DNA of 48,357 bases, from the NCBI GenBank assembly GCA_013388805.1, contig JACAEO010000392.1, positions 1 through 48,357 on the forward strand. The letters run 5' to 3'. Position numbers and translations under genes: made by a program. Of this stretch, positions 26,741 to 35,403 are shown one piece after another. The first letter of the stretch is position 1. Each line of letters opens with the position of its first letter. Source of the stretch: Chloroflexota bacterium (GTDB lineage: Bacteria > Chloroflexota > Chloroflexia > Chloroflexales > Chloroflexaceae). A model generated the notes under the pieces. That model had not been told where the DNA came from. It saw only the letters and a program-made list of their open reading frames with translations, and searched no databases.

Positions 26741-27829
26741 ATGTCCAGGAAGCTACGCGTCGCCGTCCTCTTCGGCGGCCAGAGTGGTGAACACGAGGTC
26801 TCCCTCGTATCGGCCCAGGCGGTGCTGGCGGCCCTCGACCCGGCGCGCTACGACGTGCTGCCGGTGGGCATCACCAGGCAGGGGCGCTGGCTGGCCGGCC
26901 CGGGGGCCCACGCCACCCTGGTGGCCGCCGCTGACCGCGATCGCCTCCCGGCCGGGGCGGCGCCCGTCGCACCGGCGGCATCGCTGGTCGAAGACTTCAC
27001 CCTGCTGCCCCCCTCGCACCCGGTCGATGTGGTCTTCCCGGTGCTCCACGGCCCCATGGGCGAGGACGGCACCGTCCAGGGCCTGCTGGAGTTGGCAGGC
27101 ATGCCCTATGTCGGCTGTGGGGTGGCAGCCAGTGCCGTGGGCATGGACAAGGCGCTGATGAAAGCCGCCTTCGCCGCCGCCGGCCTGCCGCTGCTGCCCT
27201 GGCTCCTGGTGCGCCGCAGCGAACTGGCCGCCGATGCGGAGACCGTCGCTGCGCGGGTCGAGGCCGCGCTGCGCTACCCGGTCTTCGTCAAGCCGGCCAA
27301 CATGGGCAGCAGCGTCGGCGTCAACAAGGCCAGCGATCGCGCAGGCCTCCAGGCTGCCCTGGCCGAGGCGGCCGGCTACGACCGGCGCATCGTGGTTGAG
27401 CAGGGCATCCCGGCGCGCGAGATCGAGATCAGCGTGCTGGGCAACGATGAGCCTGCGGCCAGCGTTCCTGGCGAGGTGGTGCCCTCCGGCGAGTGGTACG
27501 ACTACGCCGCCAAATACCTCGATGGCGCCTCGCAGCTCGTCATTCCGGCGCCGCTCGACGCCGAACTGGCGGCACAGGTGCGCGAACTGGCGCTGCAGGC
27601 CTTCCTGGCCATCGACGGCGCCGGGCTGGCCCGGGTCGATTTCCTGCTCGACAAGGAGACCGGCACACTCTGGCTGAACGAAGTGAACACCATGCCTGGC
27701 TTCACCCCGATCAGCATGTACGCCAAGCTGTGGGCCGCCAGCGGGCTGGCCTACCCCGATCTGCTCGATCGGCTGATTCAGCTGGCCCTGGAGCGCAAGC
27801 GGGGGCCTGGCACGCCAGGTTCCACCTGA
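26741..27829 (+). CDS. ddl: D-alanine--D-alanine ligase
   Basis: ATG 26741 ([25 protein letters not shown]). [52 protein letters not shown]. Confidence 0.9.
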   Translation: MSRKLRVAVLFGGQSGEHEVSLVSAQAVLAALDPARYDVLPVGITRQGRWLAGPGAHATLVAAADRDRLPAGAAPVAPAASLVEDFTLLPPSHPVDVVFPVLHGPMGEDGTVQGLLELAGMPYVGCGVAASAVGMDKALMKAAFAAAGLPLLPWLLVRRSELAADAETVAARVEAALRYPVFVKPANMGSSVGVNKASDRAGLQAALAEAAGYDRRIVVEQGIPAREIEISVLGNDEPAASVPGEVVPSGEWYDYAAKYLDGASQLVIPAPLDAELAAQVRELALQAFLAIDGAGLARVDFLLDKETGTLWLNEVNTMPGFTPISMYAKLWAASGLAYPDLLDRLIQLALERKRGPGTPGST

Positions 27830-27846
27830 GGCAGGGACCCACGCAG

Positions 27847-28725
27847 ATGGACTACAACCCCCCGAATACGCGCGAGCGCATCGCGGCCCGCCGCCAGCAG
27901 CGGCGCAAGGCGGCGCCTGCACCCCCACCCCCGCGCCGCGCGCCGGTGGCCCCACCACCGGGCCAGCAGGCCGTTCCGGGCGCGCAACGCGCACTGCTCG
28001 CCTGGCTCCGCAATGGGCGATTGGCCAGCCTGGCGCTCTTCCTCGCCGCAGTGGGCGCCCTTGCCTATGTGTTCACCGCCCCCCGCTTCAGCGTGCAGCA
28101 GATCCGGGTGGAGGGCAACAACGCCCTCGACGCGGCCGCAGTGGCCGAGCTCGTCGACCTGCGTGGGCGACCGATCTGGTTCGTCAACACCGACCAGGCG
28201 CTCGCCCGGCTCAGAGAGAACGCCTACGTCGCCTCGGCGGCGATCGACCTCGCCCTGCCCGATGCGGCGCTCGTCCGTATCGTTGAGCGCCGCCCCGAGG
28301 TGCGCTGGCAGGCCGGTGGGGTGCACTACCTGGTGGACGGCAGCGGCAAAGTGCTCGGTCCCGCCCGCGAGGCTGCCGCCGCCGACGTGCTCGTCATTAC
28401 CGATAGCTCGAACCTCGAACTGAAGCCCAACGAACAGATCGATAGCGACGCCCTGCACCTGGCGCAGAACCTGGCGTTGCGCCTGCCGGTCGAGCTTGGC
28501 TTTACCCCGGCGCAGATCGGCTGGGACTACGGCCTGGGCGTCTTTGTCCGCGGACCGTTTGGCCAGACCATCGTCTTTGGCCGGAGTGAGCAACTCGATC
28601 GCAAGCTGGCCGTGCTCCAGGTGCTCTTGCAGGACCAGACGGCCTTTACCTATCTCGATCTGCGTCCCGCAAACCCGTTCTATCAGAACACGGCGCCAGC
28701 GCCGGCCAGTGTGCCCGAACCATAA
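27847..28725 (+). CDS. ftsQ: Cell-division protein FtsQ (POTRA domain)
   Basis: ATG 27847. Arg/Pro-rich cytoplasmic tail, one TM helix (LASLALFLAAVGALAYVF), then a POTRA-like segment FSVQQIRVEGNNALDAAAVAELVDLRGRPIWFVN. Confidence 0.75.
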   Translation: MDYNPPNTRERIAARRQQRRKAAPAPPPPRRAPVAPPPGQQAVPGAQRALLAWLRNGRLASLALFLAAVGALAYVFTAPRFSVQQIRVEGNNALDAAAVAELVDLRGRPIWFVNTDQALARLRENAYVASAAIDLALPDAALVRIVERRPEVRWQAGGVHYLVDGSGKVLGPAREAAAADVLVITDSSNLELKPNEQIDSDALHLAQNLALRLPVELGFTPAQIGWDYGLGVFVRGPFGQTIVFGRSEQLDRKLAVLQVLLQDQTAFTYLDLRPANPFYQNTAPAPASVPEP

Positions 28726-28827
28726 CGGTCACCGTTCATCCAGGTATCGCGATCTGGAACATCGCACCAGCAATGCCACAACCCTTTCTGCGGTTGCCGG
28801 GCAACTGTAGAGAGATGAGGGAAGTCT

Positions 28828-30078
28828 ATGCAGCGCACCATCGTCGGAATCGATGTCGGGACGACCAAAGTCTGTACGATTGTGGCCCAGGTCGGCGACA
28901 CGGGCGCGCTCAACATCCTCGGTGTCGGCCTCACGCCGAGCAAGGGCCTCGACAAGGGCGTGGTGGTCAACATCGATGACGCGGTGAGCGCGATCACGGC
29001 CAGTATCGAGAAGGCGGAGCGCTCCAGCGGCTACCGCGTCGGCACGGCCTTCGTCGGGGTCAGCGGCCGCCATATCGCCTCGCTCAACAGCCGCGGGGTG
29101 GTGGCCGTGCAGCGGCCCGACCGCGAGATCACCCGCAACGACGTTGCCCGGGCGGTCGAGTCGGCCCAGGCGGTCGCCATCCCTACCCAGCGCGAGATCA
29201 TCCACGTCATCCCACGGGCCTATGTGGTCGATGGCAATGAGGGCATCCGCGACCCGATCGGCATGAGCGGTTTCCGCCTGGAGGTGGAGACCCACATCGT
29301 CACCGGTGAGGTGATGGCCATCCAGAACCTCATCCGTAGTGTCCAGAAGGCAGGGCTCGAGATCGACGACCTCATCCTGCAGCCGCTGGCCTCCGGTGAG
29401 GCCGTGCTCAGCGCCGAGGACAAGGACCGCGGCGTCATGCTGGTCGACATTGGCGGCGGCACCACCGACATCGCCATCTTCGTGCAGGGTGGGGTCTGGC
29501 ATACCAGCGTCATCTCGGTGGGTGGCAACCAGTTCACCAATGACATCACCTACGTGCTGCATACGCCGCACAACACGGCGGAGTATCTGAAGATTCGCTA
29601 CGGCAGCGCGATCGCGGGCGACCCGCCGGTCGAGGGCGACGAGAATGACCTGGTCGAGATTGATACGCTGACGGTGGGCGAGAAGCAGAAAATAAGCCGG
29701 CACCTGCTCAACGAGATCATCCAGGCCCGGGCCGAGCAGGTGGTGGAGCTCATATACAACGAGATCAAGCGCAGTGGCTACGAGGGCATGCTCCCGGCGG
29801 GCATCGTCCTCACCGGCGGAGCGGCGCAACTCAACCGCTTCGACGAACTGGTGCGCGAGATGCTCGGCATGCCGGTACGCATCGGGATGCCGACCGACCT
29901 CAGTGGCCTGGCCGACTCCCTGGACAGCCCATCCTACGCCACTGGCGTGGGCTTGCTGCGCTGGGGCTCGCGCCATGGATTGTCGATGCTGGGCCCCACC
30001 CATCGCTCCGAAGAGCGCCAGGGTTGGGGAAACGTCTACGAGCGGTTCAAAGGCTGGCTCCGGGAGTTCCTTCCGTGA
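28828..30078 (+). CDS. ftsA: Cell-division protein FtsA
   Basis: IVGIDVGTTKVCTIVA, MLVDIGGGTTDIAIF, GIVLTGGAAQL; actin-like ATPase fold motifs. Confidence 0.9.
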   Translation: MQRTIVGIDVGTTKVCTIVAQVGDTGALNILGVGLTPSKGLDKGVVVNIDDAVSAITASIEKAERSSGYRVGTAFVGVSGRHIASLNSRGVVAVQRPDREITRNDVARAVESAQAVAIPTQREIIHVIPRAYVVDGNEGIRDPIGMSGFRLEVETHIVTGEVMAIQNLIRSVQKAGLEIDDLILQPLASGEAVLSAEDKDRGVMLVDIGGGTTDIAIFVQGGVWHTSVISVGGNQFTNDITYVLHTPHNTAEYLKIRYGSAIAGDPPVEGDENDLVEIDTLTVGEKQKISRHLLNEIIQARAEQVVELIYNEIKRSGYEGMLPAGIVLTGGAAQLNRFDELVREMLGMPVRIGMPTDLSGLADSLDSPSYATGVGLLRWGSRHGLSMLGPTHRSEERQGWGNVYERFKGWLREFLP

Positions 30079-30139
30079 AGGGGAACAGGAAACCGGGGAC
30101 CGGGGACGGGCGTCAGCGCCCTGCATCCCCAACCTCGCG

Positions 30140-30170
30140 CCCTGTGCCCTGTACCCTGTACCCTGTACCC
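30140..30170 (+). repeat. Heptanucleotide microsatellite CCCTGT(G/A) x4.4 just upstream of the ftsZ ribosome-binding site
   Basis: CCCTGTG CCCTGTA CCCTGTA CCCTGTA CCC read directly. AGGAGG at 30176-30181, ftsZ ATG at 30187. Confidence 0.8.
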
Positions 30171-30186
30171 AAACCAGGAGGACACA

Positions 30187-31356
30187 ATGGTTGACCGCAA
30201 CAACAACGGTTTTACGCTCGAGGACTTCGCGCAGATCAAGGTGGTGGGCGTCGGTGGCGGTGGCAGCAACGCGGTCGATCGCATGATCGCCGACGGTGTG
30301 CAAGGGGTCGAGTTCATCACCGTCAACACCGATGTGCAGGCGCTGATGCACTCCCTGGCCCCGACCCGCATTCGCATCGGCGACAAGCTGACGCGCGGCC
30401 TCGGCTCGGGCGGGAACCCGGTCATCGGCCAGAAGGCGGCCGAGGAGAACCAGGAGGACATCTACGAGCAGCTCAAGGGCGCCGATATGGTCTTCGTCGC
30501 CGCTGGCATGGGCGGCGGGACGGGCACGGGCGCCTCGCCGATCATCGCCGGTATCGCCCACGATCTCGGCGCGCTCACCGTGGGTGTGGTGACGCGGCCC
30601 TTCACCTTCGAGGGCAACCACCGTCGCAAGCTGGGCGAGTCCGGCATCGAGCAGCTGCGCCCCGTGGTCGATACGCTGATCGTCATCCCCAACGACCGGC
30701 TGCTGCAGATGGCCAGCAAGAACACCTCGTTCACCCAGGCCTTCCAGATGGCCGACAACGTGCTGCGCCAGGGCATCCAGGGTATTGCCGACCTGATCAC
30801 CCAGCGCGGGCTGATCAACCTGGACTTCGCCGACGTCAAGACGATCATGGCCCAGCAGGGTTCGGCCCTCATGGCGATCGGCTATGGCAAGGGCGACAGC
30901 CGTGCCGTTGATGCAGTCAACCAGGCCATCGCCAGCCCGCTGCTCGAGGTCAGCATCGACGGGGCCAAGGGCGTGCTCTTCAACGTGACCGGCGGCGAGG
31001 ACCTCGGCATCCTCGAGGTCTACGAGGCAGCCGACATCGTGGCCAAGCAGGTGGACCCCGATGCTCACATCATGGTTGGCGCCGTGATCGACCCGAGCTT
31101 CGCGCCCGGTGAGATCAAGGTGACGCTGATCGCCACTGGCTTCGATCTGAGCAAGCCGAACGGGGCCGTGCAGCGCACGCGCTCCTACCCGACGCAGGCC
31201 ACCAGCACTGGCCAGGCGACCGCCCAGCATCCGCAGCCGGGCCCGGCGCTGCGCCAGCCGCAGCCGGCGCCGCAGCCCCGCGTCGCGCCGAACTTCAGCA
31301 GCAGCGACGACCTGGACATCCCGCCGTTCCTGCGTAACCGCAACCGTGGTCGCTAA
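30187..31356 (+). CDS. ftsZ: Cell-division GTPase FtsZ
   Basis: [37 protein letters not shown]-terminal [12 protein letters not shown] peptide. Confidence 0.95.
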   Translation: MVDRNNNGFTLEDFAQIKVVGVGGGGSNAVDRMIADGVQGVEFITVNTDVQALMHSLAPTRIRIGDKLTRGLGSGGNPVIGQKAAEENQEDIYEQLKGADMVFVAAGMGGGTGTGASPIIAGIAHDLGALTVGVVTRPFTFEGNHRRKLGESGIEQLRPVVDTLIVIPNDRLLQMASKNTSFTQAFQMADNVLRQGIQGIADLITQRGLINLDFADVKTIMAQQGSALMAIGYGKGDSRAVDAVNQAIASPLLEVSIDGAKGVLFNVTGGEDLGILEVYEAADIVAKQVDPDAHIMVGAVIDPSFAPGEIKVTLIATGFDLSKPNGAVQRTRSYPTQATSTGQATAQHPQPGPALRQPQPAPQPRVAPNFSSSDDLDIPPFLRNRNRGR

Positions 31357-31483
31357 GGCACGGTTCGTAGGCGATAGGGAGGGGGCGGTTCAACGGTACC
31401 ATACCGCCGGAGGCACCCGGCGAGGGAAACACGGAGGTTGCCAGCAGGATCGTTGCACAAGCCCTGGAGCGACGCACAGGGCG

Positions 31484-31512
31484 TTGACAGCGGGGCGGCT
31501 ACCCGCTATAAT
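31484..31512 (+). promoter_or_regulatory. Perfect consensus sigma-70 promoter (orphan)
   Basis: TTGACA (31484-31489), a 17-nt spacer, then TATAAT (31507-31512), read directly. No annotated gene follows before the convergent malic-enzyme gene. Confidence 0.7.
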
Positions 31513-31526
31513 AGGCTCCCAGCTTT

Positions 31527-31561
31527 ACAACGGGGAGGGGGTGCACCCCCCTCCCCGTTGT
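31527..31561 (+). other. Perfect 15-bp GC-rich hairpin (loop TGCAC) at about +8 of the predicted transcript
   Basis: ACAACGGGGAGGGGG (31527-31541) pairs perfectly with CCCCCTCCCCGTTGT (31547-31561). No T-tract follows on either strand. Confidence 0.75.
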
Positions 31562-31678
31562 CGCCAGAAAGGGATAGTACGATAGATAATCGTAGTATTG
31601 ACCATCGTACAGTGTAAATACTTTACGCCAGACCGATTATCGGTCGCCGAGGTGCGCGCAGAGCCGTGGAGCTCCCCG

Positions 31679-31900
31679 ATGAAGCCACGCCGCTGGTATA
31701 GCAGCCCCGAGGTCAACCCCCACCCGACGCCGCCACCGGCGCGGCCATTCCCTGCCCAGGTCTACTGGCAACTCACAACGCGGACTCGCCTGGAGCAGGG
31801 GCCGATCATCCGCCCGCAGCCGCCGGCCACGGTCGCGCCCCAGCGGCGCGGGGCCGCGCCGCGTGCCACCTGCCCGCCACGCCGCATCGAGGTCGCGTAG
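31679..31900 (+). CDS. Candidate small Pro/Arg-rich protein (73 aa); the region may instead be non-coding
   Basis: ATG 31679 inside track ORF 31598-31900, with GGAG about 10 nt upstream and mostly G/C third positions. Low-complexity sequence with no homology I can recall. Confidence 0.25.
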   Translation: MKPRRWYSSPEVNPHPTPPPARPFPAQVYWQLTTRTRLEQGPIIRPQPPATVAPQRRGAAPRATCPPRRIEVA

Positions 31901-31908
31901 GTCCTACG

Positions 31909-33339
31909 CTAATCGCCGCCGGCGGGCGGATGATCGCGGCGGGCGACGCCGTCCTCGATCGCAGCGCGGGCGACTGCAGCGGCGATCGCTGGCACAACGT
32001 GGCGGTTGAAGACGCTGGGAATGATATACTCCTCGCTCACCTCGTCCGCCGGGATGACCGCAGCCAGGGCCTCGGCGGCTGCCAGGCGCATGCCGGTGGT
32101 CATCTGGCGGGCGTGCACATCGAGGGCGCCGCGGAAGATCCCCGGGAAGCTCAAGACGTTGTTGATCTGGTTTGGCTGGTCGGAACGGCCGGTTGCCACC
32201 ACCCGCGCGTAGTGGCGCAGCATCTCCGGGTCACCCTCCGGGGTGGGATTGGCCAGCGCGAAGACGATCGGGTCGGCGGCCATCTGCTGCACCAGTTCCG
32301 GGGTGAGCAGGTTGCCCCTTGAGACACCGATGAAGATGTCGGCGCCCTCCAGGGCTTCGCCGAGCTTGCCGCGCCGCCCCTCGCGATTGGTCTGTGAAGC
32401 GATGATGCGCTGCATCGGAGTCTGCAGCGCGTCATCGCCCGTCCGCAGAATGCCGTGGCGATCCACCGCCGTCACCTCGCCGATGCCCGCCTCCAGCAGC
32501 CCGCGGATGATCGCCGTGCCGGCCGCGCCCACGCCATTCACCACCGCGCGCACCGCGCCGAGCCGCTTGCCCACCAGCTGCAGCGCATTGCTCAATGCCG
32601 CCAGCACGACCACCGCGGTGCCGTGCTGATCGTCGTGCATCACCGGGATGTCCAGGCTGTCGTGGAGCCGGCCCTCGACCAGAAAGCAATTCGGCGCCGC
32701 GATATCCTCCAGGTTGATCCCGCCAAAGCCAGGCGCCAGCTGCTCCACCGTCTGCACGATCACGTCCGGGTCCTGCGTGCGTAGACAGATCGGCACGGCG
32801 TCGATGTTGGCCAGTTCCTTAAACAGGATGGCCTTGCCTTCCATCACCGGCATCGCCGCCTCGGGCCCCAGGTTGCCCAGGCCCAGGATGGCGCTCCCAT
32901 CGCTCACCACCGCAACGCTGTTGGCCTTCCAGGTGAGCGTGAAGACCTTCTCCGGCTCGTCGGCGATCGCCTTGCAGACTCGTGCGACCCCGGGGGTGTA
33001 GGCGATCGACAGATCATCGCGGGTCTTCAGCGGTACCCGGCTCTGGATGCCCAGCTTACCGCCCAGATGGGCCAGAAAGACCCGGTCGCTCACCTGGATC
33101 ACACTGATACCTGGCAGGTCGTTGATCGCCGTCACCAGCGTATCGCCGTGCTCCTCGTCCTGCACGCGCACGGTGATGTCGCGCACCAGCATGCTGCGTT
33201 CCGCGCGAACAATATCGATGGCGCCGATGTCCCCCCCTACCTCGCCGATGCGCGTTGTTAGCCGGCCCAGCATGCCCGGGCGATTCTCAATCTGACAGCG
33301 CAAGGTCAGCGTGTAGGCCACTCCCATCGACATCGACAT
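31909..33339 (-). CDS. NAD(P)-dependent malic enzyme with N-terminal ACT domain
   Basis: 476 aa. ACT-like N-terminus (LTLRCQIENRPGMLGRLTTRIGEVGGDIGAIDIV), then SIAYTPGVARVC, GLGNLGPEAAMPVMEGKAILFK, FGGINLEDIAAPNCF, DDQHGTAVVVLAA, VNGVGAAGTAI. Confidence 0.85.
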   Translation of the reverse strand: MSMSMGVAYTLTLRCQIENRPGMLGRLTTRIGEVGGDIGAIDIVRAERSMLVRDITVRVQDEEHGDTLVTAINDLPGISVIQVSDRVFLAHLGGKLGIQSRVPLKTRDDLSIAYTPGVARVCKAIADEPEKVFTLTWKANSVAVVSDGSAILGLGNLGPEAAMPVMEGKAILFKELANIDAVPICLRTQDPDVIVQTVEQLAPGFGGINLEDIAAPNCFLVEGRLHDSLDIPVMHDDQHGTAVVVLAALSNALQLVGKRLGAVRAVVNGVGAAGTAIIRGLLEAGIGEVTAVDRHGILRTGDDALQTPMQRIIASQTNREGRRGKLGEALEGADIFIGVSRGNLLTPELVQQMAADPIVFALANPTPEGDPEMLRHYARVVATGRSDQPNQINNVLSFPGIFRGALDVHARQMTTGMRLAAAEALAAVIPADEVSEEYIIPSVFNRHVVPAIAAAVARAAIEDGVARRDHPPAGGD

Positions 33340-33360
33340 AAACTACCTCGCTCAGGATAC

Positions 33361-33391
33361 AAAAAAAGGACCGTCGCAGATCAGGCGACAG
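33361..33391 (-). terminator. Intrinsic-terminator-like hairpin plus T7 tract in the malic-enzyme leader (minus strand)
   Basis: Minus strand reads CTGTCGC-CTGATCT-GCGACGG-TCC-TTTTTTT (5 perfect bp, 7 bp with one mismatch). The T-tract ends about 21 nt upstream of ATG 33339. Confidence 0.35.
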
Positions 33392-33445
33392 TGCATTCCT
33401 CTATGGTACCATAGTCTGGCATGCCGCGCAATCGTAGCGTCAGCA

Positions 33446-33553
33446 GTACGTGTTCACATGTCTCCCGGGAGCGCGGGCATCTTGCCCGCGGAGACGCGAC
33501 GAGGGCGGGACGCCCTCGCTCCCAGGCGCGTGTATGACCCCGGGTGTGAACAG
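33446..33553 (+). repeat. 108-nt structured direct repeat, copy 1 (upstream of xpt)
   Basis: 107/108 identical to nt 34269-34376 (single G/A difference at 33530/34353). Nested dyads: TGTTCACA/TGTGAACA, CCCGGGAGCG/CGCTCCCAGG, GCGGGCA/TGCCCGC, GAGGGCG/CGCCCTC. Confidence 0.9.
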
Positions 33554-33592
33554 GTACCGTCAGCAACGGCATGGCCCTGAAAGGAGCCCGCT

Positions 33593-34207
33593 GTGGCAGC
33601 CGCCGATGACCTCCAGGCCGCCCTGGTCGCGCCATATATGCCGTTGGTGCGCCGCATCGTCGCCGAGGCGACCGTGATCGACGGTCGTATCCTGCGCATT
33701 GATCACTTTCTTAACCATCGGATCGAGCCAGCGCTGATGCGTGCGCTTGGTGCGGCCCTCGCCGAACGCCTGGCTCCGCTGCGCCCCGAACTGTTGCTCA
33801 CCGCTGAGGCTAGCGGCATCGCACCAGCGCTGGTCACCGCCCTGGCCCTCGATCTGCCCCTCGTCTACGCCAGAAAGTATGCGCCTGACGTTGCAGCCCC
33901 GGGTCTCTCACGGCTCGTGCCCTCGCCCACGCGTGGTGGCCAGGCCCGCCTGGTCGTCGCAGCAGGCTATCTACCCCCCACCAGCCGGGTTGCCGTGGTT
34001 GACGACTTTCTCGCCAACGGACGCACTGCGCTCGCTCTGGCTGAACTGGTGGCCGACGCCAACGCTACCCTCGTCGCCGCCGGCTTCGTGGTCGAGAAGC
34101 TCTTTCAGGCTGGGCGCGCCCCGCTCGTCGCCCGTGGCGTGCCGGTGGCCGCCCTCGCCCAGGTGGAACGCCTTGAGCCCGGACGGGTCGTTGTGCGCGG
34201 GGGATAG
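33593..34207 (+). CDS. xpt: Xanthine phosphoribosyltransferase
   Basis: GTG 33593 with AAGGAG 7 nt upstream. LRIDHFLNHRIEP, AEASGIAPALVTALALDLPLVYARK, PRPP-binding loop VAVVDDFLANGRTALAL. Confidence 0.8.
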   Translation: MAAADDLQAALVAPYMPLVRRIVAEATVIDGRILRIDHFLNHRIEPALMRALGAALAERLAPLRPELLLTAEASGIAPALVTALALDLPLVYARKYAPDVAAPGLSRLVPSPTRGGQARLVVAAGYLPPTSRVAVVDDFLANGRTALALAELVADANATLVAAGFVVEKLFQAGRAPLVARGVPVAALAQVERLEPGRVVVRGG

Positions 34208-34268
34208 CCAGGGTGGAGGCAACGATCCTGCTGGTAAACCCGGGTGCGCGGGCCTCCGGCGGCGCGCG

Positions 34269-34376
34269 GTACGTGTTCACATGTCTCCCGGGAGCGCGGG
34301 CATCTTGCCCGCGGAGACGCGACGAGGGCGGGACGCCCTCGCTCCCAGGCGCATGTATGACCCCGGGTGTGAACAG
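34269..34376 (+). repeat. 108-nt structured direct repeat, copy 2 (downstream of xpt)
   Basis: See copy 1; same orientation, offset 823 nt. Confidence 0.9.
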
Positions 34377-34394
34377 TTGCGGCGCGTGGGCAAG

Positions 34395-34424
34395 TTGCCG
34401 CCTCTCATACCCTCGTGCTATACT
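34395..34424 (+). promoter_or_regulatory. Candidate promoter for the small-membrane-protein/YugP operon
   Basis: TTGCCG (34395-34400), an 18-nt spacer, then TATACT (34419-34424). The -10 region CTATACTGATCC recurs upstream of PFOR. Confidence 0.35.
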
Positions 34425-34459
34425 GATCCGACGGTTGAGTCGTGCCAGTGGAGCCAGTC

Positions 34460-34681
34460 ATGAGCCGGATCGCGCAGGATGTTGAGCGCCTGGTGCCCCG
34501 GGCACCTGAGTGGCCGCTGGTCCGCGGTGTGCTGGTCGGCATCGTGATTGGCGCGGCCGCTGCCGGCCTGGTCATCCTGGGGCGGACGCTCGCCGAACGC
34601 CGCCAGCCTCGCCAGCAGGGCCCGACACCTCCACCGCCCGCCGCCCCCGGGCAGGATGGGGCGGCAGGCTCGCCACTCTAA
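34460..34681 (+). CDS. Candidate small membrane protein
   Basis: ATG 34460, 73 aa. One hydrophobic helix (LVRGVLVGIVIGAAAAGLVIL) followed by a Pro-rich tail. Ends 12 nt before the next gene. Confidence 0.35.
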   Translation: MSRIAQDVERLVPRAPEWPLVRGVLVGIVIGAAAAGLVILGRTLAERRQPRQQGPTPPPPAAPGQDGAAGSPL

Positions 34682-34693
34682 AGGAGTGCCTGA

Positions 34694-35398
34694 ATGTTCT
34701 ATTTTGATCCAACCTATTTTATCTTTGCGCTCCCGGCGATGCTCTTCGCCATGTGGGCACAGTTTCGGGTCCAGTCGGCCTTTCGCAAGTGGTCGCAGGT
34801 GCCCAGCGCCAGGCAACTGAACGGGCTCGACGTGGCGCGAACGCTGATGCAGAACGAGGGCCTGGCCCACGTGCAGGTCGAACGGATCAGCGGCATGCTC
34901 ACCGACCACTACGATCCGCGCGGCAAAGTGATGCGCCTCTCTGATGGCTCGTTGCAACCCTCCGTTGCCGCCATGGCGATTGTGGCCCACGAGCTTGGCC
35001 ACGCCGCCCAGGATAAGGAGGGCTACTTCTGGTTGCGGGCCCGGGCCGGTATCGTTGGCATTGCCAACATCGGTTCGAACCTCGGCACCCTGCTCTTTTT
35101 CGTCGGGCTGATGCTGGGGGCGATTGCCGGGAGCGACTTCGGCTACAGCATCGCTGTGCTTGGCATCATCCTCTTCAGCGCCGCGGTCGCCTTTACCCTG
35201 ATCACGCTGCCAGTGGAGTTCAACGCCAGCGCCCGGGCCCGCGAAATGCTCAAGCGCAACGGGCTGGTTACCGTCGAGGAGTCAAGCGGCGTCAATGCGG
35301 TCCTGGGCGCCGCCGCGCTCACCTACGTCGCCGCTGCCGCCCAATCAATTGCGCAACTGCTCTACTTTGTGACCTTGCTCGGAAGACGGAGGGATTAA
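34694..35398 (+). CDS. YugP-family putative neutral zinc metallopeptidase (membrane)
   Basis: MFYFDPTYFIFALPAMLFAMWAQFRVQSAF, DHYDPR, HELGHAAQ zinc motif, C-terminal TM helices; typical of the Zn_peptidase_2 family. Confidence 0.8.
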   Translation: MFYFDPTYFIFALPAMLFAMWAQFRVQSAFRKWSQVPSARQLNGLDVARTLMQNEGLAHVQVERISGMLTDHYDPRGKVMRLSDGSLQPSVAAMAIVAHELGHAAQDKEGYFWLRARAGIVGIANIGSNLGTLLFFVGLMLGAIAGSDFGYSIAVLGIILFSAAVAFTLITLPVEFNASARAREMLKRNGLVTVEESSGVNAVLGAAALTYVAAAAQSIAQLLYFVTLLGRRRD

Positions 35399-35403
35399 CG
35401 ACC

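Noticed and set aside
28793-28805. 13-bp perfect palindrome GTTGCCgGGCAAC upstream of ftsA.
   Set aside because: 6+1+6 palindromes are expected about a dozen times by chance in 48 kb, more with this base composition, and there is no supporting context.
28729-31230. 833-aa ORF on the minus strand antisense to ftsA/ftsZ. Similar long antisense ORFs occur at 23978-25804, 45001-47385, 40070-41623, 43375-44916, 26753-27994, 1632-2900, 13098-14048 and 37778-38938.
   Set aside because: Long stop-free antisense frames are expected in very GC-rich DNA. Every one lies opposite a gene with unmistakable family motifs, and their translations are Arg/Gly/Ala/Pro low-complexity sequence without recognisable motifs.
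33446-33592. Purine (guanine/xanthine) riboswitch upstream of xpt.
   Set aside because: The leader lacks the conserved purine-aptamer loop and junction sequences as I remember them. The structured element there is duplicated almost identically downstream of xpt, which argues for a repeat rather than an xpt-specific riboswitch. A cmscan would settle it.
35062-35071. GGTTCGAACC, a tRNA T-arm-like sequence.
   Set aside because: It lies in frame inside the YugP-like CDS. There is no flanking acceptor or anticodon stem complementarity.
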